Source: a virus
DNA length: 64,000 bases
Strand: one strand, 5' to 3'
Virus genome (UHGV): UHGV-0225074
The translations under genes and the position numbers were made by a program. The notes below the pieces were generated by a model. That model was given only the letters and a program-made list of their open reading frames with translations, was not told the DNA's origin and did not search any database. Positions 56,561 to 64,000 of the stretch are shown here, piece by piece. Numbering within the stretch: the first letter of the stretch is position 1; each line of letters starts with the position of its first letter.

Positions 56561-58548
56561 TTATTTTCTCCTTTGCTATCAATAAATTTACGGTACTCAA
56601 CCACCTCTGGTGAGTTAAAATGTTGCATCGGGACGTGTTTCAGCAACGGGTAACGTTCTTTTACCTTGTTAATCAGACTTTTACCAACACGAATACGTCC
56701 ATTGACGATTCTCTTCGCAGTTCTTTCTGCACTATAATAACCTTTAATATGGTAAAGGGTACTAGCCATATTAACCTTTTCCTTGTATTCAGGATCTTTG
56801 ATAACCTCTACACCTATCCCCTTTAAGTCGTCCAAGAGAGAGCGATACTCACGCTGTCTGGTTAACTGATTAAGATGATAATCCAACAGGTTTGAACTTG
56901 CAACCTTATAAAGGTCGTCCTGTGTAATCATCCTAACATCATCATCCAGCCAACTCACTCGGTTTAAAGGTACGATATACAATTTATCATCAATACCAAG
57001 ATCTGACAAGAAGGTCTCCGGTTGATGACGGTTAGAAAGGTACGCCGTAGACCCAAGGTCACAAGTCCCTCGTGCCTGACCACCAGAATAGATCATGGCA
57101 TATTTGATATCATCAAATTCCGCACGGGAGATACGTGTTTTCCTAATAGCCCCACTCTGCTCAATGATCCATACGGGGTGCCCTGGTTCATACAGGCTAT
57201 AGCCGCCGTACTTTTTATCCGATTTCGATGCTGGACGCTTTTCAAGATCAGACAACTTGTGGATCATACCGGAAAAGAATGGGTTTTCACACATTTCCAA
57301 CACTTTTGCATTATCTGTCAGATAAACCGCTTTCCCAGATACGTCAAACAACTGATTACATTTGCTTCTAACCAGCTTATTGTCGTCGTTGTATACAAGA
57401 TGGTAACCATTCATCATATCCGCATATGAATAGTCTTTGTCAGTTTTACGCTTCTCCCCGTGGCCGTTGTAAGTTACACATTCCTTCACGCTTACAGAGT
57501 CAACATAATCTCTGAACGATTCTGCAATGTATTTTGCGCCGTATTTTGTAGCAAACCACCCGCCAACTCGCTTCATATACTCCAGAACATCCGCAAGTTT
57601 TGGAAGCTTACGGAGTTCATGATAGATTTCTTCACCACGACGATCAAGGGCAGTCTGGACAAATGCCTTAAGACGCTCTTCGAATCCACGGTCATTCTTA
57701 CCCTCGATAGTCCATTCACGTCCTGGGTTTACGTCACAATCCCCGATCGGAATGGACACCATCATCAGAGGCCATTCAGGGTTATTGCTCAGAAACTTTG
57801 ACTTGTACGGCTGTTGTCCCATAACCACAACGCTATCAGCATTGTTAGATACCGCCGAGTACATTTCCAGCATCCAACCAGATTCTTCATCTTTGAACGT
57901 ATACTGCACCGGGTAGGTACGGTCTCGAATAGATGAAGTCACAAATGGGTCATTGATCTCGTAAGGGAACTTAGCATAACGCAGGCAACTGATAATTGCA
58001 CGGCGGTATTTCTCAGTCTCTGCCGGGTCAACGTTGAATTTGATTTCAACACCATTTTCTTCTATGGTTTTTGACTCGTGGAGAGGCACAACCTCAGGTA
58101 TCCCTTGGTCTTTATGAACAGAGTACACAGTTTTAGTACCATCTTTGATAGAGATGACACTGAACATGTCCGTAACGGTGAACGGGGCCTTGGAACCAAT
58201 ACCTTTCGCACCGATCAGATCGTTGGATTCACGTTTAGTGGACGATCCCAGCATCATGAAGGTCTGGGTAACCATGTCAAAGTCCATCCCAATACCACCA
58301 TCCTTGACAGAATACCACGGTTCCAGGTCCGTTGGGGAGTGGATGATAATCGGTTTGTCCCGGCATCCGGCTTCTGTGTGTGCATCTACCGCATTGAACA
58401 GGGGTTCACGACAGGCAGCAAGGATCTTGTCCTCATAAATACCATCGATCAAGATACTGAAAGTTTCAGCATTAATCGCGATACCAGCCTGATAGCGTTT
58501 GACGTTGGTACTAACTTCTACCTTCTTCTCATTACGCTCGATTATCAT
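56557..58548 (-). CDS. rIIA-like protein with GHKL-type ATPase domain
   Basis: 663 aa; N-box EPLFNAVDAH and G1 box DGGIGM near the N-terminus as in T4 rIIA; SD TAGGAGAAG. Confidence 0.55.
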   Translation of the reverse strand: MIIERNEKKVEVSTNVKRYQAGIAINAETFSILIDGIYEDKILAACREPLFNAVDAHTEAGCRDKPIIIHSPTDLEPWYSVKDGGIGMDFDMVTQTFMMLGSSTKRESNDLIGAKGIGSKAPFTVTDMFSVISIKDGTKTVYSVHKDQGIPEVVPLHESKTIEENGVEIKFNVDPAETEKYRRAIISCLRYAKFPYEINDPFVTSSIRDRTYPVQYTFKDEESGWMLEMYSAVSNNADSVVVMGQQPYKSKFLSNNPEWPLMMVSIPIGDCDVNPGREWTIEGKNDRGFEERLKAFVQTALDRRGEEIYHELRKLPKLADVLEYMKRVGGWFATKYGAKYIAESFRDYVDSVSVKECVTYNGHGEKRKTDKDYSYADMMNGYHLVYNDDNKLVRSKCNQLFDVSGKAVYLTDNAKVLEMCENPFFSGMIHKLSDLEKRPASKSDKKYGGYSLYEPGHPVWIIEQSGAIRKTRISRAEFDDIKYAMIYSGGQARGTCDLGSTAYLSNRHQPETFLSDLGIDDKLYIVPLNRVSWLDDDVRMITQDDLYKVASSNLLDYHLNQLTRQREYRSLLDDLKGIGVEVIKDPEYKEKVNMASTLYHIKGYYSAERTAKRIVNGRIRVGKSLINKVKERYPLLKHVPMQHFNSPEVVEYRKFIDSKGENK

Positions 58549-58557
58549 CTACTTCTC

Positions 58558-58713
58558 CTACTTTTTGCAGTTGTTTGTATTTAGTCTAAAGGCCGCTGTA
58601 GCCATACCTATTGCGTATGCTCCACAAATTTGTTCCCAATACATGGGCTGTGACAGTGACAATATCACACACAGAGGGGTAATGCAAACAAATATTACTA
58701 AGAATTTCTTCAT
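58558..58713 (-). CDS. small signal-anchor peptide (not in ORF track)
   Basis: 51 aa MKKFLVIFVCITPLCVILSLS..., ATG 4 nt after the hydrolase stop. Confidence 0.3.
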   Translation of the reverse strand: MKKFLVIFVCITPLCVILSLSQPMYWEQICGAYAIGMATAAFRLNTNNCKK

Positions 58714-58717
58714 GAGT

Positions 58718-59248
58718 TCATGCCCCCTGAGAATCTTCTTTCTCTTTATAATAGATATGGTTATCGATCCTGACTGTGCGTAGCATGGCCTTTGTCCAGT
58801 AGGGTTTTACTTTTCGTGAATGGTAGTGAGTGGCCCCGTGTGTTATGTCCAGAGCATCGTAAACGATCCTGTTCTGTTTATGAATCTTGATCAGAACTTT
58901 AGCAAACTCTTGTGCCTTATCCCAGCGATCCTTTTCATAGACTTTAAACGTTGTTCCTGAAGATGTCCAGGAGAATTGTCCTGGTTGGTAGACAATCTTC
59001 TTTACGGTACCCGGATATTTGTCGTTATCCTTACGATTCAAAGTCACGAATGCGATCGACATTAACCCGGAGTCGCTTTCTCCACGGGCCTCTCGATACA
59101 TATTACATGCCAAGATGTTTACCGCTGTGTCATCCTTCTTACAAAGATGGATAACTTTGGGCTTCTTTGCGTTGTCTTTAGCCAGTACAGGTGTGGTGGC
59201 TAGAGAAAACACACAGGCGGTTGCCAGAATCAGATTTTTCAATTTCAA
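58718..59248 (-). CDS. cell-wall hydrolase, SleB/CwlJ (Hydrolase_2) family with signal peptide; candidate endolysin
   Basis: signal peptide MKLKNLILATACVFSLATTPVLA; NMYREARGES...VTLNR...YPGT...VYQPGQFSW matches the Hydrolase_2 core. Confidence 0.55.
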   Translation of the reverse strand: MKLKNLILATACVFSLATTPVLAKDNAKKPKVIHLCKKDDTAVNILACNMYREARGESDSGLMSIAFVTLNRKDNDKYPGTVKKIVYQPGQFSWTSSGTTFKVYEKDRWDKAQEFAKVLIKIHKQNRIVYDALDITHGATHYHSRKVKPYWTKAMLRTVRIDNHIYYKEKEDSQGA

Positions 59249-59290
59249 ATTTACACTCCAAATTAAAAAGCCCCATTGCGGGGCTGTATA

Positions 59291-59656
59291 TCAACGACGG
59301 TGAGAGACATCTCCTGAGACTGTTCTAACATTACCTTCAATGGTTTCTGCTATAACGTCTCCCGAGACGGTGGTCACATCTGCAAGTGCCCCTTTTTCAA
59401 CATGGACATCACCAGACACAGTCTTAATATTGCCTGCTGTCCCATAAACATTCACACCACCAGACGTGGTGTTTATGCTACCGGTATTCCCGTGGATGAC
59501 CACAGTGATGTTTTTATCAGAAGTGGCGTAGACCTCTTTTCCGTTGATGAGGATTTTATCCCCATTTGCAGAAATACTCAAGTCCCCACCAATAATGCTA
59601 CCATTAACCACGGTATTCCCGTTGATAGTGATGGTATTACCATTCACCTTAACCAT
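59291..59656 (-). CDS. beta-helical repeat protein
   Basis: ATG 59656 with SD AAGGAG; repetitive (V/I)xGN/(S/T)GxV units reminiscent of bactofilin/DUF2807-like beta-solenoids. Confidence 0.35.
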   Translation of the reverse strand: MVKVNGNTITINGNTVVNGSIIGGDLSISANGDKILINGKEVYATSDKNITVVIHGNTGSINTTSGGVNVYGTAGNIKTVSGDVHVEKGALADVTTVSGDVIAETIEGNVRTVSGDVSHRR

Positions 59657-59709
59657 AGATTGCTCCTTTGCATGTTTTAATTTCACTACTAAGTATTCAC
59701 GCAGACCCA

Positions 59710-59952
59710 TTAAACCGCCTCCAAGTCCGACTCTGGATGGAATAACCACCCGATATGGTCTATAGAATATGCCCATTCGGCCTTGTTGTACTCATCCCCT
59801 TCTGAAAAGTACATGGTTGAAATAGGGCCTATCTTACCGCTCCAAGTATCTTTGACTATCTGCCCGACTTTAAACTTCGGTTCTGGTCTCACCATTCTTA
59901 ATGACCCTCGCTTTTTGGACATGATAGACAAACTGTTTGTTCTCTTTAACAA
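59710..59952 (-). CDS. hypothetical protein
   Basis: 80 aa. Confidence 0.3.
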   Translation of the reverse strand: MLKRTNSLSIMSKKRGSLRMVRPEPKFKVGQIVKDTWSGKIGPISTMYFSEGDEYNKAEWAYSIDHIGWLFHPESDLEAV

Positions 59953-60058
59953 ACTTTTTGCCCTGTTCTTCGTCTTCGAAAATCAAGGTATCACACTCGG
60001 TGAAAGAATGTCCAGGTCTTTTTTCAACAGACCGCGTTGTGGCTACAATGAGGGCCAT
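59870..60058 (-). CDS. hypothetical protein
   Basis: 62 aa; overlaps the upstream gene, so the start is uncertain. Confidence 0.2.
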   Translation of the reverse strand: MALIVATTRSVEKRPGHSFTECDTLIFEDEEQGKKFVKENKQFVYHVQKARVIKNGETRTEV

Positions 60059-61044
60059 TAGCCCTCCTCACTCAGACGAGTCATGTACCATGCACGAGCT
60101 TTGTTGCTGATAAACTTGCCAACATCTTTCATGGTCATGGAGCTGGCTTCCAGAACATCACCCTCTTCCTTGTTGATGTCTCGGTTAATCCACCCAATGA
60201 ATTCACCGATCTTAGTCTGGTCAAGACCGACTTCGCTGACACCCTGCTCAAGACGTGCTTCCGTCACAGCGTACTCAACGAACTCACGCATACTTGCGAG
60301 GCGTTCTGGGTCGATTGCCGCCAGGGTCTTAACTTTGGATACAGAGTGTTTATCACCCTTGACTTTAAACCACAGGCCAGAGATTTTAGAAAGCTCAGGA
60401 TCTTTTGGAGACCAGACAATGCCTTCACCGATACCTTCTACGCCAAAGAACTTACCTGCCGGGCATTTGTTTTCCACTTCACGAGTCAGTTCTGCCAGGT
60501 CATTCTGGACAAGCTCTGGCTCATTGAATGGAATATTAGCCATCCAGTAACCAAAGTCAAGGATACTGTAGATACGAGCATCCGGCAATCCAATTCCAAA
60601 CTGGAATGTTGGTGGTAGCCAGTTGAGGGTATCCGTTGCCTCATCCCGCCCCACAGCCACACGGAAGATAGCAAAGAACGGCTCCACTTCAGTGATGGCA
60701 ACACCTTTCTGAATGCCACGCCCAGCCCATTCACCAGCAATTTCAACCGGGAACTGGAACTCAACGTCATTGACTTCACACAGATATTTAACCTGAGAAA
60801 GAAGCTCTGCGGTGTCTTTTCGAGACATGAAGGCCGCGAAGCCATTGTTATCGTCGCCTACAGTCACGACACGCTCTTTGGACTGGAAGACAACTTCATC
60901 CTCAGAGTGGAATACCACACTGCCATTAGTGCCGTGAAGCTTAACCGTACCGATGTACGGGATCAGGTACGCTTCCGGTGGCAACACCTTCCGCTTGATA
61001 TTGCCCTCTTCATCAATACCGTCGAACGTCAGTTTATCATGCAT
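60058..61044 (-). CDS. RNA ligase 2-like (Rnl2 family)
   Basis: nucleotidyltransferase motif I KLHGTN (cf. T4 Rnl2 KIHGTN) at residue ~35 when started at MHDKL (61044); start uncertain, since the track's TTG start at 61149 overlaps the upstream gene. Confidence 0.5.
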   Translation of the reverse strand: MHDKLTFDGIDEEGNIKRKVLPPEAYLIPYIGTVKLHGTNGSVVFHSEDEVVFQSKERVVTVGDDNNGFAAFMSRKDTAELLSQVKYLCEVNDVEFQFPVEIAGEWAGRGIQKGVAITEVEPFFAIFRVAVGRDEATDTLNWLPPTFQFGIGLPDARIYSILDFGYWMANIPFNEPELVQNDLAELTREVENKCPAGKFFGVEGIGEGIVWSPKDPELSKISGLWFKVKGDKHSVSKVKTLAAIDPERLASMREFVEYAVTEARLEQGVSEVGLDQTKIGEFIGWINRDINKEEGDVLEASSMTMKDVGKFISNKARAWYMTRLSEEG

Positions 61045-61084
61045 GGTGCGGATAACCTGACGGAACTGTGCGGTGCTTGGGTAT

Positions 61085-61342
61085 TTAATTGGTTTTGTCA
61101 ATTTTATTCTCCTCAAATAATTTGCTAATGTGTCCGCCAGAAAGTTCAAGAACTACATATCTTTGTTGGTCATCAAAATACTGCTTCCCACTCCATGTTG
61201 CGTGGACAAGATTCCACGCATTCTTGGCAGCGCCAGAGCTAATCCATCCAATCTTGGCTTTGTGGTTCCAGAGGCATCTGTCAACAGTGTCATAGATGAC
61301 AAAAACCGATTTACTCATCAGGACCCTCCAGCTTCCAGCCAC
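61085..61342 (-). CDS. hypothetical protein
   Basis: 85 aa. Confidence 0.3.
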   Translation of the reverse strand: MAGSWRVLMSKSVFVIYDTVDRCLWNHKAKIGWISSGAAKNAWNLVHATWSGKQYFDDQQRYVVLELSGGHISKLFEENKIDKTN

Positions 61343-61553
61343 GACTATTCAGCCATTCGTCAATCTGAATACCCGTGCCGTCACCACTTGGTTTCTCTAC
61401 CCCAAGTAGTAGTATGGCAAAGCTCTGACCACGAGGGGCGTTATAGGTTAACACCGTATTACCCACATAAAGGTCGATCTTTTTGGTATGTGCTACCATA
61501 CCGTCTCTCAATTTAACCACGATAATCCAGTCCCCCCTGTGGATAATCCACAT
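61311..61553 (-). CDS. hypothetical protein
   Basis: internal start MWIIHRG; start uncertain because it overlaps the macro-domain gene. Confidence 0.25.
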   Translation of the reverse strand: MWIIHRGDWIIVVKLRDGMVAHTKKIDLYVGNTVLTYNAPRGQSFAILLLGVEKPSGDGTGIQIDEWLNSRGWKLEGPDE

Positions 61554-62119
61554 TTTGTCATTTCCCGAATGGCAGCGATCTGTTCTGATGTCAGAGCGCC
61601 GTCGTCTGGAGGGTAGTAACCAGGGATTTCCCATTCTTTCAAGACATAAACTGTCACATCACAATCAAAGAAGATTGATTTGATCATTGCCTCGATGACG
61701 TTCCAGTCACCGCCTGCAAGGCCAGCACCGATTTTAGGGAACCCGATTCGATAGGTGTCCATAGGGCCGTCTGTATAGCTCTGTAAGAGCTTTTTCATCT
61801 CAACCATCGAATCGTACAGGGCATTGTAATCAAGGTCCCTGAGGCCCTGTTTACGGCGATTATAGCCGTATTGCGAATACAGATTAAATCCTGCGAGAGA
61901 TCCATCATTCAAAAAGGCCATTGTACAGGTTCCCAGCTTGGTCTTATCGCCCTTCTCAGTTTTCAGATCGGCAGCGTACATCTTAGGGAATGCTTCTTTG
62001 ATCAACGGGGCGATTCCGCTCCCCATTGTGCAAAAACAGTTACAGCCATGTCCAAAGACATTAATCTCACCGCTTTTTGCAGCCTCGATCAGGTCACCAA
62101 CTTTGTATTTGAAGCTCAT
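61508..62119 (-). CDS. macro-domain protein, TARG1/DarG-like clade
   Basis: INVFGHGCNCFCTMGSGIAPLIKEAFP resembles the (H)x(S/C)xDxxMGxGIAxxFK signature of TARG1/OARD1-type macro domains; Gly-rich second loop GFPKIGAGLAGGDW. Confidence 0.55.
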   Translation of the reverse strand: MSFKYKVGDLIEAAKSGEINVFGHGCNCFCTMGSGIAPLIKEAFPKMYAADLKTEKGDKTKLGTCTMAFLNDGSLAGFNLYSQYGYNRRKQGLRDLDYNALYDSMVEMKKLLQSYTDGPMDTYRIGFPKIGAGLAGGDWNVIEAMIKSIFFDCDVTVYVLKEWEIPGYYPPDDGALTSEQIAAIREMTKCGLSTGGTGLSWLN

Positions 62120-62625
62120 TTCTTCACCTCCATACCGAGTTTGGCAGCGATAGCGGCATCAACAACCGCAGCGAATTTCTGGTTAAGGCGAGCAGAGACA
62201 TGTTTTTCAACATCCTGAAGCGCATTGTCGATATGGCGATCAAGAGTATCCTTCATCGTATTGGTAGAACGAGAAAGGGTATCGTTAATGATCTTTCGCA
62301 TTTCTGAATCTGCAAGCTGTTCCACCTTTTTCTTAACCAACTCACGGATCTGCCCTGTAGTGCTATCCTTAAGACGGAAATCATGCCAGCCCGTTTTCTC
62401 AAGGTGTACATCAAGAGCATTCTTGACCAAGGTATTCAGGTCCATCATGCCGCACTCATGTGTCACATGGGTACGGATCGAGGTTTCCAGGCGAACAGAG
62501 ATGTCGCGATCAAGAATACGCTTGGCGATATTGTTCACCACAGCTTGTTGCAGGTTTACACGCAGTTCTGTCCCTTCTGGGAAAAGCTTTTCTACTGCCG
62601 CTGTGTCTAGTTTTAATTCAACCAT
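62116..62625 (-). CDS. hypothetical protein
   Basis: start MVELK; 169 aa. Confidence 0.3.
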   Translation of the reverse strand: MVELKLDTAAVEKLFPEGTELRVNLQQAVVNNIAKRILDRDISVRLETSIRTHVTHECGMMDLNTLVKNALDVHLEKTGWHDFRLKDSTTGQIRELVKKKVEQLADSEMRKIINDTLSRSTNTMKDTLDRHIDNALQDVEKHVSARLNQKFAAVVDAAIAAKLGMEVKK

Positions 62626-62797
62626 TATACTTCCTCGCATTCATATGGATAGATGTCAAGGTCTTGTCCTTTCCATTCACAACGGTAATAGTCAAGAAAT
62701 GTCCCGTTATACACTTCCTCCAGAACATCCAAAATATCACCTTTTTGAGGGGCGTGCCCTTGTTCGCTGTAACTTGCGGTCATTTTAACTTTCATTT
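62625..62797 (-). CDS. small hypothetical protein (not in ORF track)
   Basis: 57 aa, TAATG coupling. Confidence 0.2.
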
Positions 62798-62968
62798 ACA
62801 ACTCCTCTCTTTAAACTCTTTCATGGATTCAATAGCATCCGCACGATTTTTCGCACAGACAACAAACACCCGATGACGTCGATAAGTGTACCCCGCCATA
62901 ACACAATCCGCAGTCTCTAACCACCAATGTTCGTTAAGTTCAGAGGCCGGAAATTTGAATTTTGCCAT
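62792..62968 (-). CDS. small Trp-rich hypothetical protein
   Basis: start MAKFKF; ATGA coupling. Confidence 0.25.
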   Translation of the reverse strand: MAKFKFPASELNEHWWLETADCVMAGYTYRRHRVFVVCAKNRADAIESMKEFKERSCK

Positions 62969-63165
62969 TAGCGATTGTACCACGCTACATGAGTAGCCCA
63001 TTCTGGGCGCGGACTCCAGCAACTAACATTGGACTCATATTTATCGTTTTTGCACCAATACCCGCTACCATCATCGGGGATAAACGCACCAACACTGACA
63101 CACATATCCCATACCTCAGATGACATAACATCTGCGTAATCAGGGATAGGCCTGAATTCTACCAT
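62968..63165 (-). CDS. small hypothetical protein, possible DUF551-like C-terminus
   Basis: W...DDGSGYW...WSPRPEW pattern. Confidence 0.25.
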   Translation of the reverse strand: MVEFRPIPDYADVMSSEVWDMCVSVGAFIPDDGSGYWCKNDKYESNVSCWSPRPEWATHVAWYNR

Positions 63166-63458
63166 AATTCCCCCTTCATTAAAACAATCCGGTTACGATG
63201 TGCATAATCACGGAAGGCTCCAAGATTGTCTTTATCGTGTTTAGCGATCTTCTCAAGAACTTCCATTGCAGTTATGCCAGATGTCCAGCCTGACTGACAG
63301 AAGCCATTGTCTGTACGAATATAACACTCTTTTTCAGCCTGTCCATATCGTGCCTGATTTTCAATATCACTGATGTCAAGGTCACTAATCCTAACAAGGC
63401 GCTCTTCCCCAGTAAAATCGGGAATGTAAACATAACCAAAACCTGGTGAACGTCTCAT
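63159..63458 (-). CDS. hypothetical protein
   Basis: 99 aa. Confidence 0.3.
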   Translation of the reverse strand: MRRSPGFGYVYIPDFTGEERLVRISDLDISDIENQARYGQAEKECYIRTDNGFCQSGWTSGITAMEVLEKIAKHDKDNLGAFRDYAHRNRIVLMKGELW

Positions 63459-63607
63459 ACTTTAATCTCCACGTAATAAGGTAATCGCTTGATCAAGTCT
63501 TGAGGGGCACCATTTTCTGTCCAGGTGAGGCCTTGGTCACCAGACACATAGCCTTTACCGTTAACAAACTTGCGCCATACATTACGGAGTTGGTTTTTGT
63601 AGATCAT
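63457..63607 (-). CDS. small hypothetical protein (not in ORF track)
   Basis: 50 aa, ATGA coupling at both ends. Confidence 0.2.
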
Positions 63608-63795
63608 TCAATCACACTCCAGCCTTCTTCCTGCCATGCTTCACCGCGATACCAGCGGGTCATATCATAACCCATTTCACAACGGATCGCGCCATCGCGC
63701 CACTCAAACCACTCGTCAGAAGTGAAATGTTCGTTACGGACACGTTTACCTTCACGCATAGCCTGCTGTGCTTCTTTCCACGTTAATTTAGACAT
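63604..63795 (-). CDS. DUF2829-like small protein (Tad2-like candidate)
   Basis: ATG 63795 with SD GAGGA; N-terminus MSKLTWKEAQQAMREGKRVRNEHF fits the DUF2829 signature (M..F.EAL.ALK.GKKVRR..W). Confidence 0.45.
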   Translation of the reverse strand: MSKLTWKEAQQAMREGKRVRNEHFTSDEWFEWRDGAIRCEMGYDMTRWYRGEAWQEEGWSVIE

Positions 63796-63858
63796 TGAGT
63801 TTATCCTCGTTTTGTTTGATACATGAAGCATAACAGCCCCGGAAGGGGCTGTCAATAT

Positions 63859-64000
63859 TATTTTCCTTCGATAAGCTTAATATCTTCAGCGTAGTTGACT
63901 TGGAAGTCTGCCATAATTTTCATTATGATGGGCTTTGCCTTCAACAAACGTGCAGGAAGCTTGTCACGGTGGCTTGCAGTGGTCAACAGCGCCTTACCGA
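63859..64000 (-). CDS. 3' end of an unidentified gene continuing beyond the window
   Basis: open frame on the - strand ending ...KLIEGK* at 63859. Confidence 0.2.

Noticed and set aside
58499-58783. 94-aa + strand ORF spanning the rIIA/SleB intergenic region
   Set aside because: It is on the wrong strand within a uniformly - strand block and overlaps the better-supported small - strand peptide gene and the SleB gene.
61085-61149. TTG start at 61149 for the RNA ligase
   Set aside because: It gives a 65-nt overlap with the upstream gene and puts motif I 35 residues later than in T4 Rnl2; the ATG at 61044 restores the canonical spacing, although neither start has a strong SD.
1-64000. CRISPR arrays, integrase/repressor (lysogeny), a reverse transcriptase for a DGR, and tRNA genes
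   Set aside because: There are no direct-repeat/spacer arrays, no tyrosine- or serine-recombinase-like ORFs and no RT motifs, so the phage looks strictly lytic. The tRNA conclusion is by-eye only and should be re-run with tRNAscan.

Overview
This window reads as about 64 kb of a virulent tailed phage, almost certainly a myovirus (contractile tail) of an Enterobacteriaceae host. The host call rests on the last 11 residues of a phage ssDNA-binding protein, PPMDFDDDIPF, which match the C-terminal tip of E. coli SSB as I remember it. No integrase or repressor is visible.

The window has two opposed transcription blocks:
- Positions 1 to 34046 on the + strand hold the late structural module. In order: a 5'-partial portal-like gene, a putative prohead protease, scaffold, a decoration-like protein, major capsid protein, collagen-like fibre proteins, neck proteins, tail sheath, tail tube, a tail-assembly chaperone with a predicted -1 programmed frameshift, an 800-aa tape measure, a gpV/gpW/gpJ/gpI-type baseplate, and five receptor-binding proteins. 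The receptor-binding proteins share a ~40-aa N-terminal anchor module; their enzymatic domains include two SGNH esterases and beta-helix tailspikes. The block ends with a P2 gpH-like fibre, a Tfa-like assembly protein and a distal fibre.
- Positions 34117 to 64000 on the - strand hold the early/middle replication and host-takeover module, meeting the first block at a bidirectional terminator (34052-34080). It encodes a T7-type family A DNA polymerase that appears to start at ATT, a gp4-like primase-helicase, a Dda-like helicase, rIIA/rIIB, an Rnl2-like RNA ligase, a signal-peptide SleB-like cell-wall hydrolase, and a truncated C5-methyltransferase-like protein.

The - strand block also carries a dense set of candidate counter-defence or NAD-metabolism genes. 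These are a PnuC transporter with a bifunctional NadR (NMN adenylyltransferase plus ribosylnicotinamide kinase), a TARG1/DarG-type macro domain, a DUF2829 (Tad2-like) protein, DUF4326 and DUF551 proteins, and a YgiB/YjfM-like lipoprotein. The gene content (family A polymerase, T7-like primase-helicase, rIIA/B, a multi-spike tail) resembles rV5/Felix O1-like myoviruses (Vequintavirinae/Ounavirinae); that placement is from memory, not a search.

A recurring TTGcaa-N17-TGnTAAAAT promoter motif precedes several structural operons. Strong rho-independent terminators follow the capsid, fibre, tape-measure and tailspike genes. I could not locate any tRNA, CRISPR array or reverse transcriptase by eye.
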